Part shown: one piece after another, positions 9,273-18,593 of the stretch
How the letters are laid out: every line of letters starts with the position of its first letter
Numbering within the stretch: position 1 is the first letter of the stretch
Source of the DNA: Candidatus Latescibacterota bacterium
Lineage (GTDB): Bacteria; Latescibacterota; UBA2968; UBA8231
Assembly: GCA_965206595.1 (NCBI GenBank)
Contig: OZ242214.1
Location: 928,001 to 992,000 of the forward strand
Direction: 5' to 3'
DNA: 64,000 nucleotides
The notes under the pieces: generated by a model
Seen by the model: only the letters and a program-made list of their open reading frames with translations
Databases searched by the model: none
Told to the model about the DNA's origin: nothing
Translations under genes and position numbers: made by a program

Positions 9273-11267
9273 ATGCGTGCCAGGGGTTTCGTCTACGGGT
9301 TGGCCGGCCTTCTCATCGGCCTCGCCGCCTCCACAAGCGTGCATTCGCGCAGCATGCTGGTGATCGGTGAACGCGACAATCCGTGGTCATCCGACCCCGG
9401 AATGTCGGTGGAGCACCGCACCTGGGGCGAGGCCAGGGCTGAAAGAGAGGAGGGCCTCTACCCGGACTACAACGAGACAGCCCTGGGAATCATCAATCTG
9501 GACACTTCCGCGACACACGTGATGCCGATCAGGGTGACCCCGGACTTCAATCTTTCCCTGGGCTATGAGGAGCGGGGAGGCTGGCAGCGAGAGCGGGTTT
9601 TTCAGCGCGTCCCGGGGTATTTCGAACGGGCTTTGGATGGAGACATCACCACCGTCTACAATTACCGGGGCGATTTCGGGGGCCCGGAGGGAACACCCCA
9701 GCCGACCGTGGACCTGGGAGGCATTTTCCCCATCAACCGGATCGTCTTCTACACCCACCCGGACTCCAGCGAAAAGTACGCCGATGTTTTCAGACTGTAC
9801 GTCGACGGGGCGCTGGTCCGCGAGGAGCTGGACAACAAGAAGGACAGCGTGGAAGTCACCTTTCCAATGCGGCACGGGCAAGTCGTCGCCATAGAGCCCA
9901 TAATCCGAAGAAACAAGGCTGGCATCTCGATCCCTCCCAAAACCTGGCAGCTCGCCGAGTTCGAGATCTACGGCGACGGCTACGTGCCCAAAGCCTCCTA
10001 TATCTCCGAGATCATCGACATTGAGCAGGTGGCGCCCCTGGGGTCCGGGGAGCAGGCCAGCTGGGGCCGGCTATACTGGACCGGCACCCGGGACCCGGGT
10101 GCCCGGACCGTCATCCGCACCCGCACCGGCCGCGCCGGGGACACGCCCAACAACGGCGATTTTCCCGACCCCAGTGTCTATTCCGTGTTCACCGGGCGGG
10201 GTGACGAATTGTCGACTTTGACGGTTGACGGCGAGCCATTGACCCTGGCCGACTACAGCAGTCTGGACTATGCCCCCCAGCAAGCTGCCATCACCTACGA
10301 TATCGAAAACTGGAGCTTCTGGTCGACGCCCTACGATTTCGACAAGGGCGCCGAGGGGGTGCCCGTGGTTTCGCCGGGGCCGCGGCGCTATATCCAGTTT
10401 CGCATCGACTTCTTTCCCACGATCACCGACGGCAGTCGCCTGGAGGCGATCGGGTTCGACTTTTCCAAGCCGCCCAGCGCCAGCAGGGCCGTCGCCGAGA
10501 TCTTCCCGAAGGAGGTGCCGGCGGCGGTCGACACCACCTTCACCTACACCCTCCTGCCCGAACTGGCAGACACCGATCGCGGCTTCGACAGCCTGGAGAT
10601 CGAGACATTCGTGGAGCCTTCGGCGGTGCGCCTGGTTCGGATTGACGGTGCGGGCACTGAAAAGATCATCTGCGAACCGTGCCTTCTTCACCCGGACGAC
10701 ACCCACCCGAACGCCGAGATCATGGACGATCGTCTCGTCGTGCACTTCGACACTCTCAAGGGAGTCGCCGATGCCGGGAAGCGGGTGCAGGTGGTGTTCG
10801 ACGCCTCCGTGGTGAAGTTCGGCACGGAGTTCAAGGGCCGCATATTCATCGATGGCAGCGACGAAGTGCGACAGCTTGTGGACGGCGGGGATGCCATCGA
10901 TCGCTACAGCGCAGGCGGGGTCGTGGTGACCATCCCCTTGAGCGAGGAGCTGATCAGTCAGGTGCGGGTGCAGCCGAGCCCGTTCACGCCCAACGGGGAT
11001 GGGATCAACGACGAGATTAAGCTCTCCTATGCGCTGCTCAACCTGACCGACGCAGCTGCCGCCGACGTGGCCATCTACGATCTGACCGGCCGCCGGGTGA
11101 GGCAGCTGCGAAGCGAATCGCTGGTCAGCGGCATTCACGGTGAGAATTGGAACGGGCGCGACGATGATGGCAGGCTCGCCCCTCCGGGAATTTACATCTA
11201 CCGGATATCGATCGAGACGGACGAGAGGAATGAAGACCATAGCGGCATCGTCTACGTGGCCTACTAG
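9273..11267 (+). CDS. Secreted FlgD-Ig-tailed protein (paralog 2)
   Basis: Start reassigned to ATG 9273 (MRARGFVYGLAGLLIGLAASTSVHS, RBS AAGGA); 'VDLGGIFPINRIVFY', 'WSFWSTPY', 'SPGPRRYIQ', 'PSPFTPNGDGIND...WNGRDDDGRLAPPGIY'. Confidence 0.75.
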   Translation: MRARGFVYGLAGLLIGLAASTSVHSRSMLVIGERDNPWSSDPGMSVEHRTWGEARAEREEGLYPDYNETALGIINLDTSATHVMPIRVTPDFNLSLGYEERGGWQRERVFQRVPGYFERALDGDITTVYNYRGDFGGPEGTPQPTVDLGGIFPINRIVFYTHPDSSEKYADVFRLYVDGALVREELDNKKDSVEVTFPMRHGQVVAIEPIIRRNKAGISIPPKTWQLAEFEIYGDGYVPKASYISEIIDIEQVAPLGSGEQASWGRLYWTGTRDPGARTVIRTRTGRAGDTPNNGDFPDPSVYSVFTGRGDELSTLTVDGEPLTLADYSSLDYAPQQAAITYDIENWSFWSTPYDFDKGAEGVPVVSPGPRRYIQFRIDFFPTITDGSRLEAIGFDFSKPPSASRAVAEIFPKEVPAAVDTTFTYTLLPELADTDRGFDSLEIETFVEPSAVRLVRIDGAGTEKIICEPCLLHPDDTHPNAEIMDDRLVVHFDTLKGVADAGKRVQVVFDASVVKFGTEFKGRIFIDGSDEVRQLVDGGDAIDRYSAGGVVVTIPLSEELISQVRVQPSPFTPNGDGINDEIKLSYALLNLTDAAAADVAIYDLTGRRVRQLRSESLVSGIHGENWNGRDDDGRLAPPGIYIYRISIETDERNEDHSGIVYVAY

Positions 11268-13071
11268 GAGCTCGTGGCGGACTCCCCGTCACCGCAGTAT
11301 CGCGGGCTGCTGCTTCATCGGGGTGACCGTTTTCTTCGTCCACGGGAGCCTGGCGCTGGACACCCTCGTCGGCGGCGGAGTGGAGAACACCTGGTCCGAT
11401 TTCGGCACTGCCCCCGGGAACGTCATCGATTTCGCAACGGAGCCCGGCTGGATCGCGCCCATCCAGATCGACCCCGAGGTCAACCTCATCGAGCAGATCC
11501 GCGCCAGGGGGGGAACAGTGGATATCGATTCTCCGAACAGTCCGGTCCGCAGGACCCAGGGCGACCAGGTGCTGCAGGATGCCCTGGACAACATCATGAA
11601 CGGCTCGGTTTCCGAGGTGTACGACCGCAAGATCGCCAACTCGACCTTCGGGGAGCACATCGACATCGATCTGGGTGCTCCCCTCGGCATGGATCGCATC
11701 GTCTTCTATCCCAGCTCCCTCTTTCCCCGGGAGTTTCTGAGGGCCTTCTACATCCAGGTCAACGACGGCAAGAGCAATCTCGCCGAGTCCGGCAACCCCG
11801 AATGGAACACGATCGGCAGATTCCACGAACGGCAGAATACCAGGACCCGGGCCGAGATGCGGATACCGCTCCAGTTCGTCCGCTACCTGCGCCTGACATC
11901 CCAGTACCACGGGGGATTCGAGATCGACGAGATCGAGCTTTACGGTCGCGGCTACGTGTCGGACGGCAGCTACCTGTCCAATCCCTTCGACCTGGGGGAG
12001 CAGGGCTCACTGTGGGGCCGGATAAACTGGTCTGCCGCGGCCATCGGCGATCCCTTTCGTTCCGGCATTACCGTGCGCACCCGAAGCGGCCGGGATGCGC
12101 AGGATTGGAGCCCCTGGTCGGAGCCTTATCGGCTGGCCGAAGACCGCGGTATCCAGATCACCTCACCGGCCCCCCGTCGGTTCTTTCAATTCGAGATCCG
12201 CTTTGCCAGCGAGGACCTGGAGGCGGCACACAAGGTCGATTCCCTCTCCTTCGAGCACTCGCCGCCGGTCGCCCAGGAACTCGTCGCGGAGATTTTCCCG
12301 CGTCAGGCGCAAATCGGCGAGGGCAAGGAATTCGTCTATGCCGTGCGGGCCTTCGGGCCTTCCGACAGGGGCTTCGACACCTTCGAGGTCCGGACCTCGG
12401 CCCCCATCGAGCGCCTCGAAGAGATTAAGATCCTCAGTCAGGAGGGGGATCTGCTCCTGAACAAACAGGGTGCAGATGCGGACGAACACCTGGTGTCCCC
12501 GCATCCTTTCAAGGTGCGTTTTCCCCCCATCACGGAAGATGGTTCCGTGCTGAAACTCCGCTTCGTCACATCGGTTCTGCGCTACGGCATCGTCTTCGAC
12601 GGATGGGGGTTGAACGAGGGATCCGACGAGTTGCCGCAGCCTGCGGTTCCCGGCAACGCCGTGGATCTCAGCGGCGACTTTCCCGGGCTGAACCTCCTGG
12701 ATGAAGACAAGCGCTCGAACCTGACCGTTCTCACCGACATCGAGGGGGTGGCTCTTGTGGACGCCGTGGAGGCTGTGCCCAACCCCTTCACCCCCAACGG
12801 CGACGGCATCAACGACAGCGCCGAGATCCGCTCCGACGTCTTCAAGCTCACCAAGGCGACGCCAGTCGAGGTCGTCGTCTACGATCTTTCCGGCCGCCGC
12901 ATCGCCGTCCTGTTCGCGGGCGAGATCGAGAGCGGCCGCCACTCCGTACCGTGGGACGGCACCTACGCTGACGATCGGCTCGTGCCGCCCGGACTCTATC
13001 TGCTCAAGCTCGAGGTAAAAGCGGACGTCAAATCAGAAGAGGTCCTGGGAACGGTCGTCGTCGTCTATTGA
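11230..13071 (+). CDS. Secreted FlgD-Ig-tailed protein (paralog 3); start uncertain (11230 or 11323)
   Basis: 'IDLGAPLGMDRIVFY', 'EIELYGRGY', 'WSPWSEPY', 'SPAPRRFFQ', 'PNPFTPNGDGIND...WDGT...VPPGLY'. Confidence 0.72.
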   Translation: MKTIAASSTWPTRSSWRTPRHRSIAGCCFIGVTVFFVHGSLALDTLVGGGVENTWSDFGTAPGNVIDFATEPGWIAPIQIDPEVNLIEQIRARGGTVDIDSPNSPVRRTQGDQVLQDALDNIMNGSVSEVYDRKIANSTFGEHIDIDLGAPLGMDRIVFYPSSLFPREFLRAFYIQVNDGKSNLAESGNPEWNTIGRFHERQNTRTRAEMRIPLQFVRYLRLTSQYHGGFEIDEIELYGRGYVSDGSYLSNPFDLGEQGSLWGRINWSAAAIGDPFRSGITVRTRSGRDAQDWSPWSEPYRLAEDRGIQITSPAPRRFFQFEIRFASEDLEAAHKVDSLSFEHSPPVAQELVAEIFPRQAQIGEGKEFVYAVRAFGPSDRGFDTFEVRTSAPIERLEEIKILSQEGDLLLNKQGADADEHLVSPHPFKVRFPPITEDGSVLKLRFVTSVLRYGIVFDGWGLNEGSDELPQPAVPGNAVDLSGDFPGLNLLDEDKRSNLTVLTDIEGVALVDAVEAVPNPFTPNGDGINDSAEIRSDVFKLTKATPVEVVVYDLSGRRIAVLFAGEIESGRHSVPWDGTYADDRLVPPGLYLLKLEVKADVKSEEVLGTVVVVY

Positions 13072-13135
13072 CGAAAACCTCCATCGCCGGTCGTGCACAG
13101 CAGAGTTTGTTAGGGTATCCAGAGGAGGGTTTGTA

Positions 13136-15856
13136 GTGAAAAGACCGGCTTTTTCCAACCGTGCTGCTCTGTTCGCCTTGACCGTCATCGCGGGTTCCGT
13201 TCCCGTTCTCGCGCAGCAGGACTATGGCTCGCGCCTGGGCACGCGCAAGGCGGACGTCTGGAGCTACCAACCCCAGGGGACCAGTGTGCTCACGGGCACT
13301 CTCGATCCGGCCATGCGCAAATGGTACGTGCCTGGCGAGCTCTACCAGGAATTCCGCTGGCGCCAGTGGGAGTACACCAACTACGCCCGCGAACCCTTCC
13401 AACGCTACGTCGACATCAATCTCGAGGGCGACTATTTCTACGATCTCTACGGCAATTACATCTCCAAAGGCTGGCTTATCTACAACCACAGCCAGAATCA
13501 ACCCCGGGCCCAGTTGGGAAATTCACTCTTCAAGGACGACAGGTTCAAAAATTGGTTCTCCGGTGTCCTGATCGCATCCGACCACAAGGGCCAGTACCAC
13601 ACGTCGTTGAGCATCGGGAGCTCACTGCGCACCGTTCTCACGCCGATGACCTTTTCCAAGCCCGACTTCGACGGTCTGCAATGGGACTTCGCCTCCGACA
13701 AGTACGAAGCCACCGTCCTCTATTCCCGCATCAACCTGCCTGGCGGCGAGAAGACCCCGACGGCTATCGAGCTGACCAACAACACCACCCTGTTCGGCGG
13801 CCGGGTGACCGCCCAGGTGGGGGATTTCATCAAGCTCGGCGCCAATTTGGTCAACGCGCATCAGTCCCACACCGACCTGGAGAGTTTCGAAGGCAGTCTC
13901 ATCAAGGGGGAATTGACCCAGGATCAGAACGGGTCCCCGGTCGAGTGGGTCGAGCTCATCCTGAGGGACGACTCGCCGGAAGACGGCGAGGGAGGGACCT
14001 CCTTTTTCGAGGGAGGCTCCGATCTCGTCATCACCTACATCGACGGAGAGCAGGAGACCGCCAGGCAGATCGGTTTCGAACCGGTGGTCCAGGGAGGGTT
14101 CGAGCGCACCGGCTTCAGGGCCGCGGACGGCAGTGAAGAGATCAGCGTGAGATACGATTTCGACAGCACCGGCCCCGCAGGTTTCGTGGACAATGCCCGC
14201 GGAGACAAATCGGAGATCGAACGGGTCCGCTTTCAACTGCCGGTCGGCAACGACTACCAGGTCTGGGTGAATTCCAATCGCCAGACCACCCATTTGGGCG
14301 GGGGGAGCGCGACTGCCGATCAGACCACGCCCCTGCTCGTGGCCCGGGCCGAGGGCAACGTCCAGGACAACTCCAACCTGCGCCTGCTCAGCTTCGATTA
14401 CGGCCTGCCAACGGGTACCCAGGTCGTCGGCGCTACTATCGAGATGACGGATGTGTTCGGCGTCAGCGTCTATGGCGAGTACGACGTGTCCTACAACTAC
14501 AGGATGTACCCCAACGCCAACCTGATAACCCATGACTCCTTCTCCGGCGTCAGGGGTGATCGCCGCGCCGACGCCTGGATGGTGAACCTTTCCAAACAGG
14601 CCTACCCATTTTTCCTCTTTGGTGAGGCCTTCAGCATGGATCACGATTACTCCACCAGCACGGTCACCACGAGCACCACGCCGCGGACGGGGTTCGTCGA
14701 CTACGGGAACCCGCGCTTCTTCTATGAATTCGTCGACGACAACGACGACCAGGACCGGATCCCCGACCTCGCGCGCAAAGGAGCGGGCAACGGCGACTTC
14801 GACATATTCCCCGGATGGGACGAAAACAACGACTTCATCTCCGACTTCAACCAGAACGACAACCGCCGCAGCGCACGACGCAACGAGTTTCCGGACTACG
14901 AAGAGCCCTTTCTCCGCTTCAATGTCGATCGACCGGAGTTCCTCTTCGGTCCCGACATGAACAACAACGGCTGGATCGACAGGTTCGAGAACGACAACGA
15001 GCCCGATTATCCCTACCGGCGGGATCACCGCGGCTACAACGTATATGCCGGCGCCAACATCACCCCGGAAATTCGAGCGATCGTCGGCCGCATGGACGAG
15101 CGCCTCCTCTCGGAAGACCGGCACAACGAGACCAACTACCTGCTCGCCACTTTCGACCGGGACTATCCGGGGTTCGGTCGTCTGCGCGTTTACGACATGG
15201 TCAAGCGCGCCCAGGACAACATTCGCGAGAACCTGCTGCAGTGGGCTTACCAGACCGCCGAGTCCGAAGGGCAACCAGTCAACATCACCGACCCCCTCCT
15301 GCTCGAGGACGGCTGGCACAACAGCCTGTGGTTGAATTTCGACTACACCGGGGTGCGGAGCCTGCGTTTCATCAACAAGGTCAAGTACGACCTGACCCAC
15401 ACCCAGCTCGGCAAGGAGGATCGCAGAATTCGCGGCCAGCTGCAGAACGAGCATTTCTTCGGCGTCATCAGCAAGGTCGGCTACGAGTTCAGCCTGGGCC
15501 GGATGAAACTGGAGCCGCGATGGAAGAGCGAGTACCGGAACCAGACGCGCGATCATGCCGCGGTCGGTGAGCGCGAAGAGCTCACGGAGCTGTTCTCCGT
15601 GCTCGCTCGCTTCCCCATCCTGAGGAGCTCCTATGTCGAGGCGGGGGTGGAGTACATCCAGTTCAGGGATCTGCGGCAGGATCTCAACGATCTGAACAAT
15701 CGGGTCCTCGCCGTGCAGTTCACCAACACCAGGGATTATCTGGGCTACAAACTGAGCACCCAGATGGGGGTCAAGTTCGACCGGCGCGACCCCGAAAACG
15801 GGCCGGCCAGGAGCCTGCAGAGCAGCTTCATCAGCGTTTTCGCCGGGCTGGAGTGA
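13136..15856 (+). CDS. 906-aa secreted/outer-membrane protein, probable beta-barrel with Asp/Asn-rich Ca-binding-like loops
   Basis: RBS GAGGAGG, GTG start, signal peptide (..PVLA/Q); amphipathic beta-strand pattern in the C-terminal third; DDNDDQD, DENNDFISDFNQNDN and DMNNNGWID motifs. Confidence 0.65.
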   Translation: MKRPAFSNRAALFALTVIAGSVPVLAQQDYGSRLGTRKADVWSYQPQGTSVLTGTLDPAMRKWYVPGELYQEFRWRQWEYTNYAREPFQRYVDINLEGDYFYDLYGNYISKGWLIYNHSQNQPRAQLGNSLFKDDRFKNWFSGVLIASDHKGQYHTSLSIGSSLRTVLTPMTFSKPDFDGLQWDFASDKYEATVLYSRINLPGGEKTPTAIELTNNTTLFGGRVTAQVGDFIKLGANLVNAHQSHTDLESFEGSLIKGELTQDQNGSPVEWVELILRDDSPEDGEGGTSFFEGGSDLVITYIDGEQETARQIGFEPVVQGGFERTGFRAADGSEEISVRYDFDSTGPAGFVDNARGDKSEIERVRFQLPVGNDYQVWVNSNRQTTHLGGGSATADQTTPLLVARAEGNVQDNSNLRLLSFDYGLPTGTQVVGATIEMTDVFGVSVYGEYDVSYNYRMYPNANLITHDSFSGVRGDRRADAWMVNLSKQAYPFFLFGEAFSMDHDYSTSTVTTSTTPRTGFVDYGNPRFFYEFVDDNDDQDRIPDLARKGAGNGDFDIFPGWDENNDFISDFNQNDNRRSARRNEFPDYEEPFLRFNVDRPEFLFGPDMNNNGWIDRFENDNEPDYPYRRDHRGYNVYAGANITPEIRAIVGRMDERLLSEDRHNETNYLLATFDRDYPGFGRLRVYDMVKRAQDNIRENLLQWAYQTAESEGQPVNITDPLLLEDGWHNSLWLNFDYTGVRSLRFINKVKYDLTHTQLGKEDRRIRGQLQNEHFFGVISKVGYEFSLGRMKLEPRWKSEYRNQTRDHAAVGEREELTELFSVLARFPILRSSYVEAGVEYIQFRDLRQDLNDLNNRVLAVQFTNTRDYLGYKLSTQMGVKFDRRDPENGPARSLQSSFISVFAGLE

Positions 15857-15868
15857 ATTGAGGGATAT

Positions 15869-18169
15869 TTGATTCGAAGAATAGTTCCGGGTTGTCTCCT
15901 CTTCGTCGTCGCCTGCGCCGACACCCCTCCCGGCGAACAGGCCGACGCCCCCTCGGCGGTCATTGCCCGGGTCGTTGAGGAGTCCATCGACAGGCGCGAA
16001 GTCGAGGAGTTCGCCGCTTCGCTGTTGCCGGGATTGCGCACTGAGAAGGGCGGGGATGCCGCCCGACGCGACTACCTGCAGACGCTCATCGACGAAAAGC
16101 TGCTGGTGCTCGAAGCCCGCCGTCGGGGAATCGACACCACCAGCGCGTTTCAGGCCGGCTACCAGTACGCGGTTCGAAGGCACGTAGTCGATCAGTACGA
16201 GAGACGCCACCTCCACCCTCTCGTCAGCATCACCGGGCAGGAGGTGCGGGCGCGTCTCGCCAGGGACGGACTCGACCGCGAGAGGCTCCTGAGCTGGATA
16301 GTTGTGGAGACCGAAGAGCAGGCCGCCCGTCTTCGCCGGCGCCTGGAAGAGGGGGCCGATTTCGCCGAGCTGGCGCGGCTCCACTCGATCGATGAGCGGT
16401 TTGTCGACACGGGTGGGGAAGTCGGTTTTGTCGACGGATCCGTGGCTGGCCGGGCGGGTATTCCCGTCGAGCTTTTCCGCGAGCTGGAATCGGGCGAAGT
16501 CTCGGAGCCGCTGCCATCGCGCGGAGCTTATCTCCTGGTCCGCTTTACCCGGGAGCGGGAAGAGATCTCACCCAGGAACCGCCGCATGGCGCGCGCCGAT
16601 CTCGGGAAGGAGAAACTGGCGGTCGAAAGGCGGGCGCTGGTCGAGGAATTGGCCTACGAATCAGGCCTTTCGCTGAAACCGGAGGGACTGGCGATCCTGG
16701 TGGGCAAGGAGCCTGGTGGAACGTCGCGGCCACAGCTCACGCCTGCCGAGGCGGCCGCCACGCTCTTTACCTACGAAGGGGGAGAAATAACCGTCGGTGA
16801 CTACGACTGGGCGTTTCGCCATCTCGGACGCAAGCCCGGGCTTGGGGACAGTGTCGCCGTGGTGGAGGCCGCCCGGGTCTGGGTACTGCCCGACATCATG
16901 ATCTGGGAGGCGGCTCGGAAGCTGGCCTATCACGAGACCCCCTCAGTGCTCGAATGGAAAAAACGCAAGGAAGTCGAGCTCCTGCTGATGGCTCTGCGCC
17001 GGACGGTCCGCGACCAGGTGGAGGTCAGCGAGGAGGATGCCAGGCAGTTCTATCTCGATCACTCCGGCCTGTTCGTCGAGTCCTCCCAGATCTGGATCCA
17101 GGAGATTCTCGTGGATGATCCGGACGCGGCCACCGTCGTGCGTCAACGGTTGGAGTCGGGAGAACCGTTCGAGGACCTGGCACATCTGACCGAGCGATCG
17201 GGTACCGAGGACGGGAATCTGCACTTGCACGGGCATCAGCGGGCCCGGTACGGGGAGCTGGTGGACCGGGCGCTCGCCGCGGATGTGGGTCAGTTCGTCG
17301 GTCCAGTGCAAGTCCCGCAGGGCTATTCCGTCTTCCGTGTGCAGGACAGGAGGGTGGGCCAATTGCAACCTTTCGCCGCGGCTGAAAGAAGGGCGACGGC
17401 CTCCCTTCGGGTGATGAGAGAGGAAGAGCTGTTCAACAGCCTGGTCGCCGAAGTGCGGGAGAAGTATGCGGATCGGGTGCGAATCTTCGAGCCGGAACTC
17501 GGCGCCATACAGCTTCCCGAGGATGACTTGAGGCAGCTGGCAGCGCGGGACAGCGTCTACGACCTGGGCATCGCCCACGCTCAGAAGGGCCGCACAGCGG
17601 AGGCTATCGAGGCTTTTCGGACGGCCATCCGCATCGATTCGACGTTTCTCTCTTCCTACCATGACCTCGCGCTCGCGCACGCGGCCGAGGGAGACTTCGA
17701 GGCCGCGTACGCCGAAATGGAAAACGCCCTTCGCGTGGGCGGGGAAGGATCCGCCTACACGTACCGCCTGTTGGCCTTTTTCCATTCCAATCAGGGACGC
17801 TACGAAGAGGCGGAAAAAGCCCTGTGGCAGGCCACCGAAGTCGATTCGAACGGCGAGGAAGCGCATTACGAGCTCGGAGTCCTGTACAACAGACAAGGTC
17901 GTCCCGGGGAGGCTGAAAGTTCGTTCATGCAGGCTTTGAGGCTCGATCCAGCTTACAAGGAAGTGTGGAATGAGCTCGGCGGACTCTATACGAACGCAGG
18001 ACGCCATGACGAAGCGGACAGGGCCTTGAGGCGGGCCCTTGAAATCGATTCGGGCTATGCGCAGGCCTACTACAATCTGTCCCAACTGCGCTCGGCGCAG
18101 GGCCAGGCGGAGGAGGCAACGGCCCTGCTAAAGCGTTTCGAGAGCCTGTCCGGCAGCCCGGCAAAGTAA
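15869..18169 (+). CDS. PpiC/parvulin-type peptidyl-prolyl isomerase (SurA/PrsA-like) lipoprotein with C-terminal TPR repeats
   Basis: Lipobox-like 'FVVAC'; two rotamase modules ('EGADFAELARLHSID..GGEVG', 'SGEPFEDLA'); several TPR-like repeats at the C-terminus. Confidence 0.8.
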   Translation: MIRRIVPGCLLFVVACADTPPGEQADAPSAVIARVVEESIDRREVEEFAASLLPGLRTEKGGDAARRDYLQTLIDEKLLVLEARRRGIDTTSAFQAGYQYAVRRHVVDQYERRHLHPLVSITGQEVRARLARDGLDRERLLSWIVVETEEQAARLRRRLEEGADFAELARLHSIDERFVDTGGEVGFVDGSVAGRAGIPVELFRELESGEVSEPLPSRGAYLLVRFTREREEISPRNRRMARADLGKEKLAVERRALVEELAYESGLSLKPEGLAILVGKEPGGTSRPQLTPAEAAATLFTYEGGEITVGDYDWAFRHLGRKPGLGDSVAVVEAARVWVLPDIMIWEAARKLAYHETPSVLEWKKRKEVELLLMALRRTVRDQVEVSEEDARQFYLDHSGLFVESSQIWIQEILVDDPDAATVVRQRLESGEPFEDLAHLTERSGTEDGNLHLHGHQRARYGELVDRALAADVGQFVGPVQVPQGYSVFRVQDRRVGQLQPFAAAERRATASLRVMREEELFNSLVAEVREKYADRVRIFEPELGAIQLPEDDLRQLAARDSVYDLGIAHAQKGRTAEAIEAFRTAIRIDSTFLSSYHDLALAHAAEGDFEAAYAEMENALRVGGEGSAYTYRLLAFFHSNQGRYEEAEKALWQATEVDSNGEEAHYELGVLYNRQGRPGEAESSFMQALRLDPAYKEVWNELGGLYTNAGRHDEADRALRRALEIDSGYAQAYYNLSQLRSAQGQAEEATALLKRFESLSGSPAK

Positions 18170-18187
18170 AAAACGGAGGATCGTGCC

Positions 18188-18580
18188 ATGAGAGTGCTGA
18201 TTTTCCTGACCGTGCTGCTCTCGTCGTTCGTTTTTTCCGACTGTGGCGGAAGAAAGTTGGTCGACAGCGGTGGAGGGGGTGACGACGAAATCCTGTTTTT
18301 GAACGAAACCCCCGAGAACGTCTACCGGATCACGGTGGTGGGTACCACTGCGGACTTCACCCTCCGAGCATCTTCCCGCAAGGCCGTAAAGGTTCCGGTG
18401 GAAGAAGACCATCCTGGCTTCAACGTCAATATCGAGAAGATCGAGGGCGAGGTCGGTGAGGCGCGAAAAACGCTGTTCGGCGTCAAGCCGGGTGAAACGG
18501 TTCGCATTTCCTTCGAGGCGGGCACCACGAGCGGAGGGGAGCTGGGTGCGGGTCTGGTTTCCATCGAGGTCGTGTTCTGA
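18188..18580 (+). CDS. Small probable lipoprotein, beta-rich
   Basis: RBS GGAGG; hydrophobic signal ending in Cys ('FVFSDC'); 130 aa. Confidence 0.6.
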   Translation: MRVLIFLTVLLSSFVFSDCGGRKLVDSGGGGDDEILFLNETPENVYRITVVGTTADFTLRASSRKAVKVPVEEDHPGFNVNIEKIEGEVGEARKTLFGVKPGETVRISFEAGTTSGGELGAGLVSIEVVF

Positions 18581-18593
18581 CAAAGCGGCACTA

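Noticed and set aside
6104-15856. Calling the cluster a canonical type IX secretion system or flagellar locus
   Set aside because: No porK/L/M/N, sprA, porV or flagellar genes recognised; FlgD-Ig is only a C-terminal domain here.
13622-16384. 920-aa antisense ORF (also 2959-4914, 18591-20192, 43191-45218, 60735-62630)
   Set aside because: Stop-poor shadows of GC3-biased genes; no motifs or RBS.
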